Shown here: positions 8,007 to 17,254 of the stretch, piece by piece
How positions within the stretch are numbered: position 1 is the stretch's first letter
Layout: each line of letters opens with the position of its first letter
From: Okeania sp.
GTDB lineage: Bacteria; Cyanobacteriota; Cyanobacteriia; Cyanobacteriales; Microcoleaceae
Reading direction: 5' to 3'
Assembly (NCBI RefSeq): GCF_035285525.1
Contig: NZ_JAYKGW010000070.1
Coordinates: 4,420 to 36,419, forward strand
Length of the DNA stretch: 32,000 nucleotides
Position numbers and translations under genes: made by a program
Notes under the pieces: generated by a model
Seen by the model: only the letters and a program-made list of their open reading frames with translations
What the model was told of the DNA's origin: nothing
The model's database searches: none

Positions 8007-11000
8007 ATGGCAATATACCAAACCGAACCATCTAAATTTTCCCAATTACTCAAAAAAGTAAAAAATGGAGACGAACTCAACCTCCAACCAGGAGATTACA
8101 AAGCTCCTTTTACCATTGATAAATCAATTACTATTCGTGGTAGCGGCACCGATACCGTAATTTTTGCTGCCACCGAAACTCCTCTCACCATAACAGTTCC
8201 CGAAGTACGATTGGAAAATCTCACAGTGGAGCGTACAGTTGGTGGCGAACAAGGGGAAGTTGCTATATTTGCCGAACCTAATACTAAACCCATTTTGAGT
8301 CAAGTCAAATTAAATGGGGTTGCGGAAAATGTGGAATGGGAGGGAGCAAGTTGGGATATTCCCACGATGCTCGATTTTGGGGAAGTAGAAATTAACCGAC
8401 AAGTGGAACGAGGATGGGAGTTACAACTGGGTGCGGTTTGTCAGGTTTTGTGTAATCTAAATTGGTTGCAGGTGCGCTCCAGTTATCTTTCACCGGGACG
8501 ACAAAATTTGGATTTGGTGTTGAATACTGCTGATGTTCCTACTGGTACAAATTTATCTGGTTTAATTTCTCTGTTTTCAGAAGGTGGGAGACGAGAGTTG
8601 GAGGTTGCTGCTAAGGTTATTTCCTCAGCTCCGGCAACTCCAGTGGTGGCAGTGGAAACACAAGATTTATCTGCTAAAGTTTTGACTTCTCAAGATTGGG
8701 GTTATCGGTTTATCGGTAGTGCGGTGGATAGGTTGGTTCGGACTCAGTTGGGTGAAAGTGCCATGAAGAAATATCCAGAATTTTCGGATCGTCGCGCGAA
8801 AGCAGAATTATTGATGTCTGAGATATTGGATGAAGATTCTCATTTATATTATGTGCGTCGTCAAGCACCGGGAAAGGAAGAGGGGGAGGAAGTTTGGGAA
8901 CTGACAATGGCTACGGATAGGGAGGATGAATGGGAAAAAACGTTGAAACTTAGGGGAGCAGTTAATATTGATGGAGACAGGGTTTTCAAAATATTATCGG
9001 TGCAGTTTATTTCTCATAAAGCAGAAGCAGATGAGTTTAGTGTTGCTTTGCAAATCCGTTTATTGCCACAACATCAGTTCCGACGAAAGATACCATTGGG
9101 AGCGGTGCGCTCTATCCAAAAAATGCCTTTTTTTGGCGATCGCTTACTAACGGAGGATCAACTTCCTATTTGGACGACTTTTGTGAAAATGGAGCAGCGT
9201 CTCGCAGAAAAACGTCAATTTTGTTTACCTTATTCTAGTCACAACTACGGTAGTGCTAAGAAAAGGATTACTTTTGAAATTGATATTCGGGCGGCAACTA
9301 TTGATGGAACGCCAGAAACTTCTCTGGAAGATATGGAGTTACGGCGACGACTTTTTGAGGCAAAAAATCAAAATATTCAACTTTTTTCCAGTTCTCCAGC
9401 AGGTAGGGATGGTAGAGATGGGGAAAAGTTGGGAGCGATCGCTTCTATTGATTGGGAGAAGAGTCAAGTACGGATCGCGTTGGATAGTGAGATTGTGGAA
9501 AGTATTGTTCGTGGGAGTTATCGTATACCGTCTACAGGATTTTTATTTTTTGTGGATTCTGGAGATATTGCTCAGGTGCAACGGAAACGAAGAGCGTTGG
9601 AAGATTTACAAAATGGTCGTTGTCAGAATCCATATTTGGGGGAATTTTTCTTTGATGCTACTTGTGCGCGAGTTCCAAAAAAGCGAGTGGAACTGCAACC
9701 CCAGAATTTATTGTTACCTGCTGCGAATGCTCATCAACTTGCTGCTGTGGAAAAGGTTTTGGCAGCAAAAGATTTGGCTTTGATTCAGGGTCCTCCTGGT
9801 ACTGGGAAAACTACTGTGATTGCGGAAATTTGTTATCAAGTTGCGTTACGGGGAGGGCGGACTTTGATTGCGTCTCAGGCAAATTTGGCGGTTGATAATG
9901 CTTTGAGCAGGTTGGTTCATAATCCGGTGATTCGTGCTGTACGCAAGGGAAAAGCTGAGAAGGTGCAAGTGGAAGGGGAGCCATTTTTGGAGGAACGGGT
10001 GATTGATACTTGGTTAAAAAATACTGCTAATGATTGTGAAAAAGATTTGGGGGAGCGACTGCAACGGGTGGAAGTTTTACGGAATTTATTGATAGAGTCT
10101 GAGAGATTTAATGGTTATTTCGAGTTGGAGAAAAAATGGGTAAATGAACAGAAGGAGTTGAGCGATCGCCAAATTATTTTGGAGGCAAGTCGGATAGCAT
10201 TGGAGGCTGAATTTTTGCAGTTGGAAACTGATAGGAAGGAGTTAGATTTTTTGGTATTGGGATTAGATAATTTGTTAAATTCTGCACCGAATATTAATTG
10301 GGAAAATGAGGAAGTTAGAATTTTTTTAGCTCGTTTACAACCTTATGCTCAGGAGGAAAGTTCGGTTAAAGATTTAATAGAGAATGTGGGTTTAGGTCGG
10401 AATCTTGCTAAAGATATTGGTTGGGAAATTCCGCAATTAGGAGCTTTTGGTTTAGCAGTTTGGTTACAGGAAAATTTAGTTGTTTTATTGCCAGAATTTC
10501 AGAGTGGTTTAGCTGTGGCAAAAAAAGCTGTTTTGGCAATGTCGGAAACTGAGAAATTATTACAGATTTATCAACAGGTTCATGGTAATTTTGAGCGGTT
10601 GAAAAAAGATATTCAGCAAGGAGAGATAATTTCAGAAAGTTTAGGAGAAAAGCGTCAAGAATTAGAAAGGGAAAAAAGTCAGATAGATTTAGTTGTTGGA
10701 GAAGTAGGTGTCTGGATAAAAAAAATTGGTAAAGAACGGATATTTGAGGAATTGAAAAAATGTTGGGAAACTGGTGAAAGTTTTCAATTAGATTCAATTG
10801 GATTACCAGAAAGTTTAATGAAAGTTGCTAGTAGAGAAAAATTACAACTTTTGCCAAATTATGCTCAACGGATTAATCATTTGCCAGATTGGGAAAGATT
10901 GGAAAAAGCATTAAATGCCGAGTCAAGTCGTGGCTTTAAAAATATCCAAGGAAAAGAATATCGTTTTGATGAATTTTTACAAATTACTCTGAGTCAAGCA

Positions 11001-12968
11001 CCGATAGTTTTGTCAGAAAGAGATTATCAAAACTGGCAAGAGTTTGCTAAATCATTTATAAATTATCCCCAACTTGGTCAACAAGAACGACAAAGTTTAG
11101 TGAGAAAAATTCAACAATTTTTCCATAAAAATAAACAGAAATATAGTTTAGTTTGGCAACCAGAGAATATAACAAAAACTTTCACAGAAGTGATAGATAA
11201 AATTTTCAATAAAATTCTCCATAATTCTCGTGAATTTTTACTTCCTGCTAAACAAGAAAATCTCAAACAAATCCTGAAAAATGAGAAACTATCAGAGGAA
11301 AATATACAATTATTGGCAAACCAGAGACAAAGACTAGAAATAGTCGATAAAAAAGGAAAAGATTCTCGACAAAAACTGGAAGAAAAATATCAAGAGCTTG
11401 TGGCAATTTTAAAAGAAATAGATTCTCAAACAGGAGTTAATCCAGAAATTAGCGATTTAGTCAAACAATATCTTGAATGGCAACCATTGCAGATATTAAA
11501 CGATAAATCAAATTTTGCCGAAAAAGTAAATTATTGGGAAAATAGTTTAAATCAACTTAAAAAAATATCTCCTCAACTACAACCTTTTACCGTTCTGAAA
11601 GAAATCAAAAATATTCTCCAAGAAAGACTAAACACCATCCAAGAAAAAGCCGATAAATTGCCGGAAAAAATCGAATCTTGCCAAACAAAAATTAATCAAA
11701 TTAAAACGGAATTAGAACAAACATTACCAACCAACTTAATTCAAGAAAGAAACTGGTGGAAATTAGCATGGTCAAAAATTCCAGAAAATCTCAAACCCGC
11801 CGTTGAGGAAACAGAATTATTTGCCATCGAACTATTACATAAAATTAAACTGCAACAGAAAAATTGGCAACAAGAATTAGAAACAGAAGAAACCCTCCTA
11901 AATCAACACCAAAAATTTATTCAAGACTGGATAAAAAAACTCAAACAACCTTCAGAAAAAGATAGTAACGAGCTGAGAAAAATTTACCTTGATAATGCCA
12001 ACGTTATTGGTATTACCTGCGTCCAAGCTGCCAGTCGAAACTTTGCCGAAGAATTTAATAGTTTCGACGTCGTAATAATAGATGAAGTTAGTAAATGTAC
12101 TCCTCCAGAAATATTAATTCCGGCATTAAAAGGCAAAAAATTAGTATTAGTAGGAGACCATCGTCAATTACCACCAATGCTTAACGATAATACCATTGAA
12201 GAAATTGCTGAAGAGATGAAAATTTCCAAAGAAGAATTAGACTTTTTAGAAGAATCACTCTTTAAAACTCACTTCGAGACAGCCAAAGAAGAAATCAAAC
12301 AAATGTTAACTATTCAATATAGAATGCACCCCAATATTATGGGAGCAATTAATCAATTTTATCAACATCGTTTAGAATGCGGTCTTATCAGACCAGACAA
12401 AAAACGTTCCCATAATTTAGAAGGTAAAATTATTCAAGAAAATCAACATCTTATCTGGGTAAAAATGCCACAGTCAGAAAACTTTATGGAACAAAAAGAA
12501 GGAACATCACCTTTTAACAAAAAAGAAGTTGATGCCATTGAAAAAATATGTGGAGAAATGGAGAAATCTTGGTCTGTGAAAGTTGCTGAGGGTTTGCCAA
12601 GAAAAGAATTAGGAATTATTACATTTTATAATGCTCAGTTGCGATTAATAGAGTCGAGAATTAATCCTGAAAATTTTCCATCCTTACATATTAGAACTGG
12701 AACAGTTGATAGATTTCAAGGAATGGAAAGACAGGTAATTATTGTTAGTATGGTCAGAAATAATGACTTAGGAAAAGTAGGATTTGCCAAGAAACCAGAA
12801 CGGGTAAATGTTGCTTTTTCTCGCGCTCAAGAATTGTTAATTATTGTGGGATGTCATAAATTATTTACACAACATTATGGAACTGTAGGAAATATGTATT
12901 CAGAAGTTTCTGATGTGGTGCGCAGTCAAGGGGGATTGATAGAAATTTCAGATATTTTAATGACCTAA
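8007..12968 (+). CDS. 1653-aa multidomain SF1 (Upf1/DNA2-like, AAA_11/AAA_12-type) helicase with a beta-helix-like and Ig-like N-terminus and a very long coiled-coil-like insertion
   Basis: Walker A is LIQGPPGTGKTT (aa 595-602, nt 9789-9812) and motif Ia is LIASQANLAVDNAL. About 700 K/E/Q/L-rich residues follow. Motif II is VVIIDEVSK (Asp-Glu at aa 1359-1360, nt 12081-12086) and motif III is LVGDHRQLPPM. Further motifs are QYRMHPNI, GIITFYNAQ, TVDRFQGMERQVIIVS and VNVAFSRAQELLIIVG. N-terminal aa 1-105 resemble a short right-handed beta-helix (ITIRGSG..., LENLTVER). Aa about 115-205 resemble an Ig-like sandwich (LDFGEVEINRQV...LDLVLNT...). Confidence 0.9.
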   Translation: MAIYQTEPSKFSQLLKKVKNGDELNLQPGDYKAPFTIDKSITIRGSGTDTVIFAATETPLTITVPEVRLENLTVERTVGGEQGEVAIFAEPNTKPILSQVKLNGVAENVEWEGASWDIPTMLDFGEVEINRQVERGWELQLGAVCQVLCNLNWLQVRSSYLSPGRQNLDLVLNTADVPTGTNLSGLISLFSEGGRRELEVAAKVISSAPATPVVAVETQDLSAKVLTSQDWGYRFIGSAVDRLVRTQLGESAMKKYPEFSDRRAKAELLMSEILDEDSHLYYVRRQAPGKEEGEEVWELTMATDREDEWEKTLKLRGAVNIDGDRVFKILSVQFISHKAEADEFSVALQIRLLPQHQFRRKIPLGAVRSIQKMPFFGDRLLTEDQLPIWTTFVKMEQRLAEKRQFCLPYSSHNYGSAKKRITFEIDIRAATIDGTPETSLEDMELRRRLFEAKNQNIQLFSSSPAGRDGRDGEKLGAIASIDWEKSQVRIALDSEIVESIVRGSYRIPSTGFLFFVDSGDIAQVQRKRRALEDLQNGRCQNPYLGEFFFDATCARVPKKRVELQPQNLLLPAANAHQLAAVEKVLAAKDLALIQGPPGTGKTTVIAEICYQVALRGGRTLIASQANLAVDNALSRLVHNPVIRAVRKGKAEKVQVEGEPFLEERVIDTWLKNTANDCEKDLGERLQRVEVLRNLLIESERFNGYFELEKKWVNEQKELSDRQIILEASRIALEAEFLQLETDRKELDFLVLGLDNLLNSAPNINWENEEVRIFLARLQPYAQEESSVKDLIENVGLGRNLAKDIGWEIPQLGAFGLAVWLQENLVVLLPEFQSGLAVAKKAVLAMSETEKLLQIYQQVHGNFERLKKDIQQGEIISESLGEKRQELEREKSQIDLVVGEVGVWIKKIGKERIFEELKKCWETGESFQLDSIGLPESLMKVASREKLQLLPNYAQRINHLPDWERLEKALNAESSRGFKNIQGKEYRFDEFLQITLSQAPIVLSERDYQNWQEFAKSFINYPQLGQQERQSLVRKIQQFFHKNKQKYSLVWQPENITKTFTEVIDKIFNKILHNSREFLLPAKQENLKQILKNEKLSEENIQLLANQRQRLEIVDKKGKDSRQKLEEKYQELVAILKEIDSQTGVNPEISDLVKQYLEWQPLQILNDKSNFAEKVNYWENSLNQLKKISPQLQPFTVLKEIKNILQERLNTIQEKADKLPEKIESCQTKINQIKTELEQTLPTNLIQERNWWKLAWSKIPENLKPAVEETELFAIELLHKIKLQQKNWQQELETEETLLNQHQKFIQDWIKKLKQPSEKDSNELRKIYLDNANVIGITCVQAASRNFAEEFNSFDVVIIDEVSKCTPPEILIPALKGKKLVLVGDHRQLPPMLNDNTIEEIAEEMKISKEELDFLEESLFKTHFETAKEEIKQMLTIQYRMHPNIMGAINQFYQHRLECGLIRPDKKRSHNLEGKIIQENQHLIWVKMPQSENFMEQKEGTSPFNKKEVDAIEKICGEMEKSWSVKVAEGLPRKELGIITFYNAQLRLIESRINPENFPSLHIRTGTVDRFQGMERQVIIVSMVRNNDLGKVGFAKKPERVNVAFSRAQELLIIVGCHKLFTQHYGTVGNMYSEVSDVVRSQGGLIEISDILMT

Positions 12969-12976
12969 TTTGAGTA

Positions 12977-13160
12977 TTAGGGCGGAGTTTATATAAATCT
13001 TAGAGTCAGTATTAAAATCCTAATTAAAAAGTTTTCATTAGGGCGGGTTTATATAAATCTTAGAGTCAGTATTAAAATCCTAATTAAAAAGTTTTCATTA
13101 GGGCGGGTTTATATAAATCTTAGAGTCAGTATTAAAATCCTAATTAAAACCCGCCCCTAC
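12977..13160. repeat. three tandem units (61, 60 and 63 nt) of a GGGCGGGTTT...AAACCCGCCCC hairpin element
   Basis: TTAGGGCGG(A)GTTTATATAAATCTTAGAGTCAGTATTAAAATCCTAATTAAAA occurs three times, starting 9 nt after the helicase stop. Units 1 and 2 end in AGTTTTCA. Only unit 3 ends in the closing arm CCCGCCCCTAC. Confidence 0.9.
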
Positions 13161-13182
13161 TATTACAGTAATATCAAATCCA

Positions 13183-13470
13183 CTTAATTTAGTAGAAAAA
13201 AATCTTCGATTTTCAACCATTACCAAATCTCTCCACACCAACCACACTTTTCTGAACAAAACTTACCCAAAGATACTATATATAAAGTCAAAAAACTGTT
13301 GCACAATAATTTTTGAAACTATATCTAAACTCTAGTGCATAAGTCCTGACTATTTAAGATCACATCCTCTTAATTTAGTAGAAAAAAATCTTCGATTTTC
13401 AACCATTACCAAATCTCTCCACACCAACCACACTTTTCTGAACAGAACTTACACAAAGATACTATACTAT
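13183..13470. repeat. about 1.5 copies of a 186-bp tandem duplication (about 100-bp shared block at 13183-13283 and 13369-13470) containing members of the ACTTAC(C/A)CAAAGATACTATA MITE family
   Basis: CTTAATTTAGTAGAAAAAAATCTTCGATTTTCAACCATTACCAAATCTCTCCACACCAACCACACTTTTCTGAACA(A/G)AACTTAC occurs twice, 186 nt apart. A full MITE copy at 13260-13349 aligns with 7821-7914. Confidence 0.8.
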
Positions 13471-13569
13471 ATATATAAAAATTACTCCCTATCTCCCCAT
13501 CACCCCATCTCCTTATAAAGAGTTTTTCAGCAGACCCTAGCTAAAACCTCCCCCCATTTAAAAACACAA

Positions 13570-13615
13570 AAATACAGGGCTTAAATGCTTAAATTTTTAG
13601 CCCTGTATTTTTTGA
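13570..13615. terminator. bidirectional rho-independent terminator (serves the minus-strand EF-G gene)
   Basis: The stem ATACAGGGC (13572-13580) / GCCCTGTAT (13600-13608) is flanked by A-runs upstream and T-runs downstream. On the minus strand it is followed by TTTTTGTG. It lies about 65 nt beyond the EF-G stop. Confidence 0.7.
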
Positions 13616-13678
13616 AATTAACTAAGTATTCAGCTTTTCCCAAAAATAGCTGACCGCTGATAACTGAAAGGTAAATGC

Positions 13679-15772
13679 TTATTTAGACTTAGCTTCCTGA
13701 CGTTCCTTAGCTTCCTTAATCACCACTTCTGCCACATTATTAGGACAAGGTGCATAATGAGAAAACTCCATAGAAAACTGACCCCGACCAGAAGTCATAG
13801 TCCGCAAATCCCCAATATAACCAAACATCTCACTTAATGGCACATCCGCCTTAATACGACTACCAGTTGCTGTCGAATCTTGAGACTTAATCATACCCCG
13901 ACGACGATTAAGATCTCCAATCACATCACCAACATGATCGTCAGGAGTAAACACATCAACCTTCATTATCGGTTCCAATAACTGAGGAGAAGCTTTAGAA
14001 AAAGACTGACGATAAGCAGCTTTCGCAGCAATCTCAAAAGCGATCGCTGAGGAGTCAACCGGGTGGAAAGCGCCATCCGTTAATGTGAACTTCATATCCA
14101 CACAAGGATAACCAGCTAACATACCCTTGGCAAAACTACTCTCAAAACCTTTTTGTACAGCAGGCCAAAATTCTCTGGGCACATTTCCACCAGTCACCTT
14201 TGACTCGAACTGGAAACCTTCACCAGTTTCAGCAGGTTCCATCACATAATCAATCTTAGCAAATTGACCAGAACCGCCAGACTGCTTCTTATGAGTATAG
14301 CTATCTTCAAGACGCTTAGTAATAGATTCACGATAAGCTACCTGTGGTTTACCAACTTCCACATCAACTCCATAAGTCCGTTTCAGAATATCAACCTTAA
14401 TATCCAAATGTAATTCACCCATACCCTTAATGATGGTTTCATTACTTTCAGCATCTGTTTCAACTCGGAAAGATGGGTCTTCCTGAACCATTTTACTCAA
14501 TGCCAAGCCCAATTTTTCTACAGAACCTTTATCCTTAGCTGCCACAGCAATAGAAATTACTGGGTCAGGGAACACCATCGGTTCCAAAGTAGCAGGTTCT
14601 TTGGGGTCACAGAGAGTATGGCCAGTTTGTACATTCTTCATTCCCACAATAGCAACAATATCCCCTGCTTGAGCAGATTCAATTTCTTCGCGGGAGTTGG
14701 CGTGCATTTCTACCAAACGTCCAACTCTCTCAGTCTTACCTGTAAAAGTATTAAGAACGGTGTCGCCTTTAGACAAAGTACCAGAATAGATACGGGTAAA
14801 AGTCAAAGCACCATATTTGTCATCCATAATCTTAAAGGCCAAAGCTCGCAGTGGCTTTTCTGGATCGACATAGGCTACTTTACCAGTCTCGTTACCTTCG
14901 AGGTCAATTTCTGGTTGTGGCTTAACTTCTGTAGGATTAGGTAGATAATCAACTACTGCATCAAGTACCAACTGTACGCCCTTATTTTTGAAAGATGAAC
15001 CACAGTAGGTGGGGAAGAAAGCTAAGTCCCTAGTACCCTTACGAATACAACGTTTGAGAGTATCAATATCTGGCTCTTCTCCTTCCAAATATTGTTCCAT
15101 TACGTCGTCGTCTTGCTCTACAGCAGTTTCAATTAACATTTCCCGATATTTCTCAACATCATCAACCATATTCTCTGGAACATCTTTAATCTCATATTTG
15201 GTTGGGTCTCCAGAATCATCCCAAATCCATGCTTTGCGGGTTAGCAAATCCACAACTCCCACAAAATCATTTTCAATACCAATTGGTAATACCATTACTA
15301 ATGGTTTGGCCGCGAGTACATCTTCTACCTGCTTGACAACTCTGTAGAAATCTGCTCCTGTGCGGTCTAACTTATTTACATAGATAATTCGAGCAACTTT
15401 AGAATCATTAGCATAACGCCAGTTAGTTTCAGATTGGGGTTCTACACCACCAGAACCACAAAATACACCTACACCACCATCGAGAACCTTGAGGGAACGA
15501 TATACTTCGATGGTAAAGTCAACGTGGCCAGGGGTGTCAATAATATTTAATTGATGGTTATTCCAGAAGCAACTTGTGGCAGCGGACTGAATCGTAATAC
15601 CACGTTCTTGCTCCTGTTCCATAAAGTCTGTTGTCGCGGCACCTTCGTGGACCTCACCGATTTTATGAATTTTTCCGGTTAGTTTCAAAATTCTTTCTGT
15701 TGTGGTGGTTTTGCCCGCATCAACGTGGGCGAAGATGCCAAAATTGCGATAACGAGTGAGGTCTTTTGCCAT
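13679..15772 (-). CDS. fusA: translation elongation factor G family GTPase (paralogue outside an rpsL-rpsG-fusA-tuf context)
   Basis: [21 protein letters not shown] is the G1 motif, DTPGHVDF is G3, NKLDR is G4. EF-G domains II-V are present at full length (697 aa). Confidence 0.93.
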   Translation of the reverse strand: MAKDLTRYRNFGIFAHVDAGKTTTTERILKLTGKIHKIGEVHEGAATTDFMEQEQERGITIQSAATSCFWNNHQLNIIDTPGHVDFTIEVYRSLKVLDGGVGVFCGSGGVEPQSETNWRYANDSKVARIIYVNKLDRTGADFYRVVKQVEDVLAAKPLVMVLPIGIENDFVGVVDLLTRKAWIWDDSGDPTKYEIKDVPENMVDDVEKYREMLIETAVEQDDDVMEQYLEGEEPDIDTLKRCIRKGTRDLAFFPTYCGSSFKNKGVQLVLDAVVDYLPNPTEVKPQPEIDLEGNETGKVAYVDPEKPLRALAFKIMDDKYGALTFTRIYSGTLSKGDTVLNTFTGKTERVGRLVEMHANSREEIESAQAGDIVAIVGMKNVQTGHTLCDPKEPATLEPMVFPDPVISIAVAAKDKGSVEKLGLALSKMVQEDPSFRVETDAESNETIIKGMGELHLDIKVDILKRTYGVDVEVGKPQVAYRESITKRLEDSYTHKKQSGGSGQFAKIDYVMEPAETGEGFQFESKVTGGNVPREFWPAVQKGFESSFAKGMLAGYPCVDMKFTLTDGAFHPVDSSAIAFEIAAKAAYRQSFSKASPQLLEPIMKVDVFTPDDHVGDVIGDLNRRRGMIKSQDSTATGSRIKADVPLSEMFGYIGDLRTMTSGRGQFSMEFSHYAPCPNNVAEVVIKEAKERQEAKSK

Positions 15773-16017
15773 GTTTTACTCTCTTGTTAGATATTACAAA
15801 CTGTACTCTTTTAGTATTACACAAAGGGGATTAGTTTCACCAGAAAAATCAATTTCAGTATGTCAAGTCTCTAGATTTGAGCAACTGGTACTGATAACTG
15901 ATAGGCTGGCCCTTGGCTGAAGTGGGATTTCTTAAGATATAGTTAGAAATTCTGCTTCTTGCCCTATGTTATAGTGTCAATTCTAAAGTATCTTGACCAA
16001 AAATCAGCTTTGGGTAG

Positions 16018-16058
16018 TCATTTCAGTTATCAGCCCTTTCAGTTATCAGCCTTTTCAG
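16018..16058. repeat. CAGTTATCAG-type STRR array with spacer motifs
   Basis: TCAGTTATCAGCCCTTTCAGTTATCAGCCTTTTCAGTTA. Related arrays lie at 15892-15903, 13659-13668 and 22490-22520. Confidence 0.8.
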
Positions 16059-16447
16059 TTAGCCTCCTGGGGAGGAGTTGCGCTAACAGTACCTTGGAGC
16101 TATTGCCAGAGACTTGAGACTTTATAGCAACCGCCAAGGCAGTTAGGACATATTAAAAGCCTAAAACCCAGACAAAGCCAGATTTTTCCTTCTGCCTTCT
16201 CCCCTCTGCTATATTTTTTGGTCAGAATTCAGAAGTTAGATAATAAATGTCCTAAATTATTTATTTAGCACACTCATCTTGCCTATGGTAGCTTTTTCAA
16301 TATGACTTGCGCATAAGTACCTTTAACAATGGTGTAGAATTTTTTCTTTTCCGTAAGTCTTGATTAAGATAATATTTAATGTATTGTTGTAACTAATCTG
16401 AAAAAATCAACTTCAGTATTTCAAACCTCTGTCTAAAGCCAAAGACA

Positions 16448-16489
16448 CTGATAACTGAAAAGGCTGATAATTGATAACTGATAACTGAC
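16448..16489 (+). repeat. CTGATAA heptamer array abutting a start codon
   Basis: CTGATAACTGAAAAGGCTGATAATTGATAACTGATAACTGAC is followed directly by the ATG at 16490. Confidence 0.9.
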
Positions 16490-16939
16490 ATGACTATGGA
16501 AATCGAAAATTTTCTGACTTGGTTAATCTTTTTTGGATTAATAAGTAGCTTTGGTATTAGTGCAATGATATATGCTTATCGTGGACAAGGAAGTATTTCT
16601 ATCCTATTTACAGAACCAATATCAAAATCTTCATTAATTCCACCAGAAATAACAGTTAACTTTGAACAAGGATGTGAAGCTTTTCGAGTTAAAAATTATC
16701 AACAAGCTATCAATAAGTTTACTGAAATTATACAAAATAATTCCAATATTCCTGAAGCTTATCATAATCGAGGTTTAGCTTTTGCTAACTTACGTCAAGA
16801 TGATGAAAGTGTAGCAAATTTATTACAAGCAGGAGAATTATATCTCCAAGCAGAAAATCAACAAGCGATCGCTCTGATTAAAAAAAATCTAGAGTTATTA
16901 AAAGCCAGAAAAGAATCTATTTCAATAATTAATAATTAA
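16490..16939 (+). CDS. small membrane-anchored TPR-repeat protein
   Basis: The N-terminus is a hydrophobic helix (FLTWLIFFGLISSFGISAMIYAY). TPR-like repeats follow (YQQAINKFTEIIQNNSNIPEAYHNRGLAFANL). Confidence 0.6.
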   Translation: MTMEIENFLTWLIFFGLISSFGISAMIYAYRGQGSISILFTEPISKSSLIPPEITVNFEQGCEAFRVKNYQQAINKFTEIIQNNSNIPEAYHNRGLAFANLRQDDESVANLLQAGELYLQAENQQAIALIKKNLELLKARKESISIINN

Positions 16940-17254
16940 CAATTACCTCTTCTTTGATTGAATTTGATATGGCGTTTCAGCTATCGCGAATAGTTTCAGC
17001 TTTCGCCGACATGAATGCGCTCCCATTTCCTATACGAAAAAGCGGATTTTGCATCAACAAAATGACTGCTTTTTCTCCATAAATGAAAATGCTTTATACT
17101 TTAATTAATTTTTAGGTAAAAATAACAATTAATTGATATAATATGATAGATTTGACCAAAAAATAAGGTTTCAAGGCTCTGGCAATAGCTGAGAGTTATA
17201 CCATTTCTAAATTGGTATTACTGAGAACTGATAACTGAAATTTAGGAGGTAAAA

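Noticed and set aside
9253-9895. Internal alternative-frame ORFs within the helicase gene (9253..9783 and 9662..9895, also 8968..9150 and the minus-strand ORFs 8096..8293, 8710..8907 and 10408..10797)
   Set aside because: They are embedded in a long ORF with strong motif support. Their sequences are low-complexity or Cys/Trp/Leu-rich, typical of off-frame translation.
12977-13160. Possible CRISPR or other spaced array after the helicase gene
   Set aside because: The units are contiguous, near-identical 60-61-nt copies with no unique spacers. They belong to a hairpin-element family also seen at 22691-22769 and 25053-25263.
14618-15347. Antisense ORFs inside the EF-G gene (14618..14944, 15009..15347)
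   Set aside because: They lie opposite a highly conserved coding frame. The Ser-rich, low-complexity products are typical antisense artefacts. The same reasoning applies to 1329..1514, 22105..22302, 24030..24365, 26004..26294, 17277..17474 and the + strand ORFs inside the oxoprolinase gene.
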